Shown piece after piece: positions 57,309 to 64,000 of a stretch of 64,000 bases of DNA. Source of the stretch: Acidobacteriota bacterium (GTDB lineage: Bacteria > Acidobacteriota > Vicinamibacteria > Vicinamibacterales > CAVVIG01); NCBI GenBank assembly GCA_040007095.1, contig JBDTVS010000051.1, forward strand, positions 15,739-79,738, given 5' to 3'. Below the pieces are notes generated by a model that did not search any database, was not told where the DNA came from, and was given only the letters and a program-made list of their open reading frames with translations. The first letter of the stretch is position 1. Each line of letters starts with the position of its first letter. The translations under genes and the position numbers were made by a program.

Positions 57309-58941
57309 TCGGAATCAGGGTGCCGACACGCGTATCGGAACGGACGGCTTTCAGGGGCTGCCGGCGGAGCTTGCCGAGGCGCTCATCGAAAGCCGCTGGT
57401 CCGATGCGCTGGCGTGCAGCGACCGCCTCATGGCTCGGACTGCGGCGAACGCCCGTCTGTTCTTCATCCGTGGCGTGCTGCTGCGTCTTGCGTGGCGCAT
57501 GGACGAGGCGATGGAAGCCTATCGGCGCAGCATCGACCTCGGCTACGAGGGAATCGGTCCGTACCGTGAGCTCTTCCAGCACCTCGAGAAGCGGGGTCAG
57601 ATCGACGACGCACTGGCGTGCTGGCGGCTGGCGTTCGATCGCGGCTATTCGACGGCCCGCTTCCACTCGATGGCGCTGGACGCCTGGCTGAAACGGCCCG
57701 ATGCCACCGCCGACGAGCTCCTGCACGCCCACAGCGTCTGGGCGGAGCGATACGGACGGAGCGATCCCTCCGTGCCGCCTTTGCCGATCGAGCCCTTCGA
57801 CGGCTCCCGCCCGTTGCGTGTCGGTTACGTGTGCTCGTTCTGGGAGGCGACCGCCATCCGATTCATGCTGCTGCCGGTCTTGAAACGGCACGACCGACAT
57901 CGGGTCATCGCCTGTCTCTATCTGAGCGGCCCGCTTCGCACGGGAGAGACCTGGCGGGAGCTGTACGAGCCGCATGCCGCCCTCGTCCGCGACGTCGAGC
58001 GTCTGAGCGACCGCGAGTTCGTGGAACTGACGCGCGCCGATCGCATCGACGTGCTCGTCGATCTGAACGGCCACTCGGGGATCAACCGGTACGCGGCCAT
58101 GGCGTCGAGATGTGCACCCGTGCAGGCCGTCTATCTCAACTACACGTCGACGACGGCGGTTCCCAACATCGACTATGTGATCGGCGACCGCTGGTCGCCG
58201 CCGCCCGATACCGAGCACACGTTCACCGAGAGAGTCGAGCGCGTGTCCGGCTGTTTCTTCAGCTTCGACTACTCCGACGATTCCCGCCTGCCACCAGTGT
58301 CGCCGGCGCCGGTGGTGCGTAGTGGACGGGTGACCTTCGGCTGTTTCGGCGCCGGTACCAAGATCAATGGGTCGCTCGTCGATTGGTGGTGCCGGATCTT
58401 GCGGGCCGTGCCACACGCCAGTCTCTTCATCCGGAACTTCGAGCTATCGCCAGAGGACAATCGGCGGGCGCTCGCGCGCCAGTTCATCGACCGGGGGATC
58501 GATACCGCCCGCCTGCGCCTCGTCGGAAAAGGCACCCGGCAGGAAGTCGTCAGCGCCTACGCGGACGTCGACCTCGCGCTCGATACGTATCCGTATTGCG
58601 GCGGCAACACGACTGCGGAGGCACTCTGGCAGGGCGTGCCGGTCGTCACGCTGCGCGGACCGCGATTCTCTTCGTCCTACGGCGCGTCGCTGCTCCACGC
58701 GGCAGCGTGCCCGGAGCTCATCGCACACAGCGTAGACGAGTACATCGAGCTGGCCGTCGAGTTGGCGCAATCGACCGACCGGCTCGTGGCGTATCGAGCG
58801 CACCTGCGATCATCGGTGATCGCGCATGGATTGGGCAGCGCTGAGATCTTCACGCCGCAGTTCGAAGACAGCCTGATTGCGATGCGAATGCGGGCTGGCG
58901 ATCGGCCAGACCGACACGTCCCCGCTGGATTGCACACTTGA
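57283..58941 (+). CDS. TPR + GT41 (SPINDLY/OGT-like) glycosyltransferase
   Basis: TPR helices; 'LRVGY', 'IDVLVDLNGH', 'CAPVQ', 'FGCF....KIN' and 'DLALDTYPYCGGNTTAEALWQGVPVVTL'. The start may be the ATG at 57304. Confidence 0.9.
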   Translation: MANRERLMARNQGADTRIGTDGFQGLPAELAEALIESRWSDALACSDRLMARTAANARLFFIRGVLLRLAWRMDEAMEAYRRSIDLGYEGIGPYRELFQHLEKRGQIDDALACWRLAFDRGYSTARFHSMALDAWLKRPDATADELLHAHSVWAERYGRSDPSVPPLPIEPFDGSRPLRVGYVCSFWEATAIRFMLLPVLKRHDRHRVIACLYLSGPLRTGETWRELYEPHAALVRDVERLSDREFVELTRADRIDVLVDLNGHSGINRYAAMASRCAPVQAVYLNYTSTTAVPNIDYVIGDRWSPPPDTEHTFTERVERVSGCFFSFDYSDDSRLPPVSPAPVVRSGRVTFGCFGAGTKINGSLVDWWCRILRAVPHASLFIRNFELSPEDNRRALARQFIDRGIDTARLRLVGKGTRQEVVSAYADVDLALDTYPYCGGNTTAEALWQGVPVVTLRGPRFSSSYGASLLHAAACPELIAHSVDEYIELAVELAQSTDRLVAYRAHLRSSVIAHGLGSAEIFTPQFEDSLIAMRMRAGDRPDRHVPAGLHT

Positions 58942-58946
58942 ATGCC

Positions 58947-59006
58947 GAACCACCAAGCACACCAAGAACGCAAAGAATCCGGAGGGCTTTGTGATCTTTG
59001 TGGTTC
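58947..59006. repeat. 9-mer REP-like palindrome
   Basis: GAACCACCAAGCACACCAAGAACGCAAAG ... CTTTGTGATCTTTGTGGTTC. Confidence 0.75.
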
Positions 59007-59075
59007 ATTGAACCGTGATCCCGCGGCGCGCTACTGCCGAATGCCGCGACTTCCGGCGGCGGAGTGTCTGTTCCC

Positions 59076-60077
59076 ATGATCATCAGCCGCACACCTTTTC
59101 GGGTGTCGCTCTTTGGAGGGGGCACCGACTTTCCCGTGTGGTACCGCGAACACGGAGGGCTCGTTGTCTCTGCGACGATCAACAAGTACTGCTATCTGAA
59201 CGTCCGCTACCTCCCGCCCTTCTTCGACTATACGCACCGCATCCGCTACACCCAGCAGGAGTACGTCAACTCGGTCGAGGCGATCAAGCATCCGTCCGCG
59301 CGGGAATGTATCCGGTACATGGGGATTGCAGGCGGCCTCGAGGTGCAGCACAACTCGGACGTGCCGGCGATGTCAGGGCTGGGATCCAGCTCCGCGTTCA
59401 CGGTCGGACTTCTCCACGCGTTGCACGGTTTGACCGGTCGCATTGCCGGCAAGCGGCAGCTCGCGACACAAGCGATCGACGTCGAGCAGAACCGGATCAA
59501 GGAGTCGGTTGGATCGCAGGACCAGATTGCCGCGGCATTCGGCGGCGTCAACACGATCACGTTCGGACCCGGCGACGAATTCGACGTCGCGCCGCTGATG
59601 CTGAGCCCGACTGCCCTGGCGACGATGGAATCCCATCTCCTGCTGTGCTTCACGGGGTTCCAACGCAATGGAACGGACATGGCCGCGGACATGCTCCTCA
59701 ATCTGTCTCAGCACAACGCTGAACTGAGGGACATCCAGCACATTGCCTCGCAGGCGGTGGGGGTGATCGGCCACCATCCCCTGGACATGGCGGAACTCGG
59801 CCGGCTGCTCGATGCCCAGTGGCAGCTCAAACGGCGCCTGAGCGCGCTCATCGCCACGCCGATGATCGTCGAGAGCTACGACATCGGCATGCGGGCAGGG
59901 GCGTACGGCGCCAAGCTGCTCGGCGCCGGCGGCGGCGGATTCATGCTGTTCCTGGCCCCGCCAGAACGCCATGCCGCCATCCGCGAAGCGCTGGCACGGC
60001 TGCTGTTCGTGCCGTTCAGGTTCGAGATGGGCGGCAGCCGAATCATCTACTACACGCCGTCTGAACCGTACTCGTAA
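59076..60077 (+). CDS. hddA: GHMP kinase of the D-glycero-D-manno-heptose-7-P 1-kinase (HddA) type
   Basis: 'MIISRTPFRVSLFGGGTD', 'SGLGSSS', 'GSQDQ.AAAFGG' and 'GAKLLGAGGGGF'. Confidence 0.88.
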   Translation: MIISRTPFRVSLFGGGTDFPVWYREHGGLVVSATINKYCYLNVRYLPPFFDYTHRIRYTQQEYVNSVEAIKHPSARECIRYMGIAGGLEVQHNSDVPAMSGLGSSSAFTVGLLHALHGLTGRIAGKRQLATQAIDVEQNRIKESVGSQDQIAAAFGGVNTITFGPGDEFDVAPLMLSPTALATMESHLLLCFTGFQRNGTDMAADMLLNLSQHNAELRDIQHIASQAVGVIGHHPLDMAELGRLLDAQWQLKRRLSALIATPMIVESYDIGMRAGAYGAKLLGAGGGGFMLFLAPPERHAAIREALARLLFVPFRFEMGGSRIIYYTPSEPYS

Positions 60078-60148
60078 CGCGAGAGCGTGGCGCGCGTCCA
60101 GAATGGGCTGCAGGCGATCGCGGTTCGTTATGGTAGTATTGCCGCATT

Positions 60149-60430
60149 ATGGTTCGCGTCACATTTTCCCTGGACGAGGCGACCGTCGCCCAGCTGCGCC
60201 AGACCGCCGCGCGCCTGCGCAAAGCACAAAGCCACGTCGTGCGGGACGCGATTGCCGATTATTCGGCGCGAAGCGACCGGTTGAGCGAGGGCGAACGGCG
60301 GAGCGCCATGGGCGTGCTCGAACGGCTGCGCGAGGCGAAGCCAACGCGGCCGGCCAGCGACGTCGACAAGGAACTGCGCGCGCTGCGGGCGGCGCGCAGT
60401 TCCGGCGGCCGCCGGCACCGGTCCGCATGA
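60149..60430 (+). CDS. RHH/CopG-family antitoxin
   Basis: 'RVTFSLDEAT...L...A......QSHVVRDAI'; ATGA overlap with the PIN gene. Confidence 0.82.
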   Translation: MVRVTFSLDEATVAQLRQTAARLRKAQSHVVRDAIADYSARSDRLSEGERRSAMGVLERLREAKPTRPASDVDKELRALRAARSSGGRRHRSA

Positions 60431-60801
60431 TTGTGCACCTGGATACGTCCGCGCTGGTCGATGCGCTCACCGGCCCGCGCCGCTCGCTCGACGTCATGAT
60501 CCGGTTGACCGACCAAGGCGATCGACTGATGCTGTCGACGATGGTCCTGTACGAATGGCTGCGTGGTCCGCGTACGCGCCACGAGCTTTCGGCCCAGGAA
60601 GAACTCTTCCCGACGGAGTCGGCAGTCGTCTTCGGCCCGGCAGAAGCGGCGGCGGCCGCCCGCCTCTACAAACAGGTCGTGCGGGCGCGCGGGCGCGAAA
60701 TCGACCTCGGGATCGCCGCCTGCGCCATTGTCAACAACGCAGCGCTCTGGACGCTCAACCGCGACGATTTCCGGGACATCCCGAATCTGCGGCTGGTCTG
60801 A
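60427..60801 (+). CDS. vapC: VapC PIN-domain toxin
   Basis: 'HLDTSALVD', 'LYEWLRG', 'DLGIAACA' and 'WTLNRDDF'. Confidence 0.88.
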   Translation: MIVHLDTSALVDALTGPRRSLDVMIRLTDQGDRLMLSTMVLYEWLRGPRTRHELSAQEELFPTESAVVFGPAEAAAAARLYKQVVRARGREIDLGIAACAIVNNAALWTLNRDDFRDIPNLRLV

Positions 60802-60809
60802 GGAGACGC

Positions 60810-61493
60810 TCAGAGCCGCCCGGCCGCATCGATCAGCTGTTCGAGCGGCAGGGCACGCGCGGTGTCCGCTCCGGCCGCTGCGAAGAGCCGGCGCATGAAA
60901 TGAAGGTCTTGCTCGGTGTCGACCGTCAATCGAAGACTGGGCCGGGTGAGGCGTGGCGGCGCAACGGCTTCGAGCGCGATAAAACGGCGGTCCCGGCGTA
61001 AGAGCGGCGTCACGTGCTCGCGATCGTAGCCGTCGATCGCGAGGTCGGCGGCCCGCAACAGCGCGTCGGCCGCGACAGCTTCGACCGCTGCGCCGTACGG
61101 CAGGCCGCATTCGACCACATGGTCGGCGCCGGTCCGAATCAGCTGGTCCAGCGTGCGGCGGGGCGCGTCGAGATCGACCGCGGGGTTGTCGGCCGTCGCG
61201 CGGATGAGCGCCGACAAGCGAAGCGTGGACACGACGAGCGCGAACCGGCCGAGCACGTCGACGTCGGAGCCGCGCAGCACCGTGATGCCGAGGCGTTCGC
61301 CGAGCTGCTCCAGACAGTCGTCTTCCGGCAGCGTCGTCGTGGCCAGAACCACCGGCAAGCCCGAGGTCGCGCGCAGGCGCTCCACGCAGTGCTCGAGGAT
61401 TGAACGACCCGCCAGATCGGCCAACACCTTCCCGGGCAGCCGGGTTGATCCCATTCTCGCTTGCAGGACAATCGCCGCGTTTCGTTCGAGCAT
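60810..61493 (-). CDS. SpsF/PseF-like cytidylyltransferase
   Basis: 'LQARMGSTRLPGKVL', 'RGS..DVL.RF', 'RATADNP', 'REHVTP' and 'RLTVDT..D'. Confidence 0.88.
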   Translation of the reverse strand: MLERNAAIVLQARMGSTRLPGKVLADLAGRSILEHCVERLRATSGLPVVLATTTLPEDDCLEQLGERLGITVLRGSDVDVLGRFALVVSTLRLSALIRATADNPAVDLDAPRRTLDQLIRTGADHVVECGLPYGAAVEAVAADALLRAADLAIDGYDREHVTPLLRRDRRFIALEAVAPPRLTRPSLRLTVDTEQDLHFMRRLFAAAGADTARALPLEQLIDAAGRL

Positions 61494-61495
61494 AC

Positions 61496-61523
61496 GTTCT
61501 TCGTGATTTCGTGTCTTCGTGGC
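61496..61523. repeat. 9-mer REP-like half-site
   Basis: TTCTTCGTGATTTCGTGTCTTCGTGG, intergenic. Confidence 0.5.
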
Positions 61524-61548
61524 CGCGGGCATCGATGGTCAGCCGGAC

Positions 61549-62550
61549 TTACACCACTTCGGTGACGGGCCGGGGCGCGAAGGGGGCCAGCTGGATGCTG
61601 TCTCCCTCGACGAACACCGAGGCTTCGTAGTTGGTCATCCACAAGTTGTCTTTGAAGCATCCGATGACCGGCGCCACCCGACAGCCGGCCGCCAGCTGCA
61701 GCATCATCAGGGGAAAGTCTGCGCCCGACTCGATCGTGAGTGGAATGCCTCCGGAAAACCGCGGGTTGATTTCGAAGATGACCGGCCGCTCGCCCACCAT
61801 GCGGCACTGGATATTGACCGCACCGACAAACCGCAGCGATGCCGCACAGGCGGTGGCCAGCTCGATGAGCCGGAGGTCCTTCACCGTACGGCCCCGGTCG
61901 ATGACGCCGGCCCGGATCACCACACGCTCGCGCGGCACGATAGAGAGAGGACATCCCGTGAAGTCGCAGAGCATGTCAATCGTGAACTCGGGGCCCGCGA
62001 GGAATTCCTGCACGACCGGGTCGGGCACATAGTCGAGGAAGAACGCGAGCTCGCGGGCATTCTGGATGGCAAAGGCGCCGACGCTGCCGCGGCCGTATCG
62101 CGGCTTGATGAAGAGCGGAAAGATCGGCGAATCGGGAAGATCCGGCCGCAGGTAGGACTCGGCCGCCGCGATGCCGAGGCGCCGGAGCTCCCGGCACGTC
62201 GCCAGCTTGTCGTTGCACAGGGTCGTGGTCTCCGGCGGCGAGACCATGACCCGTATGCCGGCCGCAGTAAATCGGTCCCGGGATCTCGCGAACACCGTCA
62301 GCTCGTCGTCGATGGTCGGGATGACCACACCCACCTGTTCGCCGACGGCGATCGCCAGCACGTCATCGATGTAGTGTGGGTCGGAGCAGAGCGGCACCCG
62401 ATACGCGTATTGACTGGCGCACACCGCCGGCGACAGCGGGTTCACATCAGTCACGACCACGTGGCCTGAGCCGAGGAGCGCAAGCGCCCGGCTGAAGGCA
62501 TTGACGAGGGGAACGCGACGCGATGCGGCGGTGATGAGGACGTTAGGCAA
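61549..62550 (-). CDS. ATP-grasp ligase (carbamoyl-phosphate-synthase-like)
   Basis: 'NVLITAASRR', 'IPTIDDEL', 'CNDK', 'KPRYGRGS', 'QEFL.GPEFTID' and 'EINPRFSGG'. Confidence 0.88.
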   Translation of the reverse strand: MPNVLITAASRRVPLVNAFSRALALLGSGHVVVTDVNPLSPAVCASQYAYRVPLCSDPHYIDDVLAIAVGEQVGVVIPTIDDELTVFARSRDRFTAAGIRVMVSPPETTTLCNDKLATCRELRRLGIAAAESYLRPDLPDSPIFPLFIKPRYGRGSVGAFAIQNARELAFFLDYVPDPVVQEFLAGPEFTIDMLCDFTGCPLSIVPRERVVIRAGVIDRGRTVKDLRLIELATACAASLRFVGAVNIQCRMVGERPVIFEINPRFSGGIPLTIESGADFPLMMLQLAAGCRVAPVIGCFKDNLWMTNYEASVFVEGDSIQLAPFAPRPVTEVV

Positions 62551-63628
62551 CGCCGCGGTCCAGTCTCGATTCCGCAGATGGAACGAAGTCGTCGTCGACG
62601 AGGGGGGATCCCGCATTCACGGGGCGCGCCAGGCGCCGACCGACGAGATCGCTCGCCCGGTCAGGCGCAACGCCGGTGGCCGGGCGCAGCGCAGTCAAGT
62701 CGTCGTCCCGCAGGATGTGTCCGGCAATCAATCGGCGGGCCGCACAGAGCGAACGGCGGCTCGCGCTGAGATTCACCGCCTCGGCGGGCAGACATACCTT
62801 CTCGCCGCTGCCAAGCGCTTCGATGGCCCGCGCCGCCGCCCGCACCATGCCCGCCATTCGCGCGGGGGTGCTCGACACGGCGGCATCCACCGCCCGTTCG
62901 TCGTCGTCGAGCACGAGATGGCGTTCGTAGAGGGAGGCGCCCAGAGCGACGGCGAGAGGCGCGGCGAACTCGTCGGCACCGTGATCGGACAGGCCAACCG
63001 GCAGGCCGAACGCGCGCCAGAGCGTCGCAATCGCCCGCAGGTTCTCGCTGCCGGCCGGCACCGGATACGCCGAGACGCAGTGCAGCAGCGCGAGGTTGTC
63101 GGCGCCGCTCGACTGCGCGCATGCCACGGCATGCGCCACTTCGTCGAGCGAAGCCATGCCGGTCGACATCACCAGCGGCTTCCCCGTGTTGGCGCAACGT
63201 CGAATCAACCCATCCCAGATGATGTCGCCGCTCGCTATCTTGTAGGCGTCCACTCCGACGCGTTCGAGCAGGTCCACCGCCCCCAGCGAGAGCGGGGTCG
63301 CCACCAGTCCGAGTCCGTGGGTGCGGGCGCGCTCGGCGATCGCGCGGTACGCCGACTCGGACAGTTCGAAGGCCGCGAAAAAGTCCCGCAGGCACGTCGC
63401 CGCGACATGAGCCGGGGCGGGGCAGGACGGCGCCACCAGATCGGCAGCGGTCAACAACTGCACTTTCACCGCCGAGACGCCTGCGGCGGCGGCGGCATCC
63501 ACCATCGCGAGCGCGCGGTCCACCGATCCGCCATGGTTGAGACCAATCTCCGCGATGGTGTACAGCGGCTCACCCCGTCCGATCAACCGGGAGCCGATGG
63601 TCATCGTCACCGCGCGGTCACGCCACAT
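62543..63628 (-). CDS. NeuB/PseI/SpsE-family nonulosonic acid synthase with SAF domain
   Basis: 'IAEIGLNHGG', 'KIASGD', 'STGM', 'LHCVSAYP', 'GLSDH', 'ERH' and 'RRSL'. Confidence 0.92.
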   Translation of the reverse strand: MWRDRAVTMTIGSRLIGRGEPLYTIAEIGLNHGGSVDRALAMVDAAAAAGVSAVKVQLLTAADLVAPSCPAPAHVAATCLRDFFAAFELSESAYRAIAERARTHGLGLVATPLSLGAVDLLERVGVDAYKIASGDIIWDGLIRRCANTGKPLVMSTGMASLDEVAHAVACAQSSGADNLALLHCVSAYPVPAGSENLRAIATLWRAFGLPVGLSDHGADEFAAPLAVALGASLYERHLVLDDDERAVDAAVSSTPARMAGMVRAAARAIEALGSGEKVCLPAEAVNLSASRRSLCAARRLIAGHILRDDDLTALRPATGVAPDRASDLVGRRLARPVNAGSPLVDDDFVPSAESRLDRGVA

Positions 63629-64000
63629 CGCGGCTCCCCTCCTCGTCGGGCAACAGGACATCGGCCACCTGAGACACCCGCGCGAGCGCGTCGACCACGA
63701 CGTCGGCGTGGCGCGGCCGTTCGAAGGCCGGACGCAGGTAGCCGCCGCAGAACACGGTGCGAAGGCCAAGACGCGCCGCACCGAACAGATCGCAGAGGTC
63801 GTCGTCGCCCACGAACAGCGCGCGCGAAGGCGGCACGCCAAGACGCCGCAATGCCTCAACGAACGGAGCCGGATCCGGCTTCCCGCGCCCGGTACCGTGC
63901 TGGCTGGCAAAGACAACGGTGTCGACGAGCGTCCGTAAGCCCAGTGCATCAACCTTGCGTGCCTGCACCGCCGGCAACCCGTTGGTCACGATGCCCAGAC
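63618..64000 (-). CDS. HAD-superfamily hydrolase (partial, 5' end outside the window)
   Basis: 'VTNG...Q..K..LGL', 'KPDP' and 'FVGD...D..GA...G'. Confidence 0.85.
   Translation of the reverse strand, partial: LGIVTNGLPAVQARKVDALGLRTLVDTVVFASQHGTGRGKPDPAPFVEALRRLGVPPSRALFVGDDDLCDLFGAARLGLRTVFCGGYLRPAFERPRHADVVVDALARVSQVADVLLPDEEGSRDVA

Noticed and set aside
39456-59006. 9-mer repeats as a CRISPR array or integron attC sites
   Set aside because: There is no regular repeat-spacer periodicity, no cas or integrase gene, and no consistent RYYYAAC/GTTRRRY boxes.
63618-64000. HAD gene as gmhB completing the heptose pathway
   Set aside because: The visible part lacks the GmhB CxH/CxCRKP pattern and looks like a generic HAD-IA hydrolase.
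1-64000. tRNA or rRNA genes
   Set aside because: No cloverleaf or rRNA-like sequence was recognised by eye.

Overview
High-GC bacterial DNA; gene content and style suggest Acidobacteriota (Vicinamibacterales-like), which is an inference. The window has two halves. (1) 1-29.8 kb is a flagellar/chemotaxis supercluster. On the minus strand it runs flgBC-fliEFGHIJ-flgDE-fliK, then mcp-cheAWRD-cheY-cheX-cheB and an HDOD remnant, then fliL-N-O-P-Q-R-flhB-A-F-fliA. It also has a sigma54 activator, a sensorless histidine kinase and a second cheY-cheX. motAB, fliM, flhG and flagellin are not seen in the window. Three sigma54 -24/-12 promoters, one sigma28 promoter and a recurring TGTC(G/A)-N6-CGAC(A/G) palindrome are visible. 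(2) 30-64 kb is a mosaic glycosylation island, most likely for flagellin. It encodes a Maf glycosyltransferase fused to Ig and FG-GAP repeats, a nonulosonate module (NeuB/PseI, SpsF-like, ATP-grasp, HAD), and a Campylobacter-capsule-like GDP-6-deoxy-heptose route (GmhA, HddA, DmhA, RmlC-like epimerase, three degenerate Fcl-like reductases). It also carries a split transketolase, several methyl-/sulfotransferases and a set of GT2/TPR/GT41 (SPINDLY/OGT-like) proteins with non-canonical active-site motifs. The island is punctuated by 9-mer REP-like palindromes, MITEs, three toxin-antitoxin pairs and deletion scars. The best candidate for an undescribed system is a divergent GT41-based protein glycosylation machinery fed by a GDP-deoxyheptose or higher-carbon sugar pathway, working alongside an unusual Maf-Ig-FG-GAP fusion. 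All calls rest on motif recognition by eye; no database searches were run.
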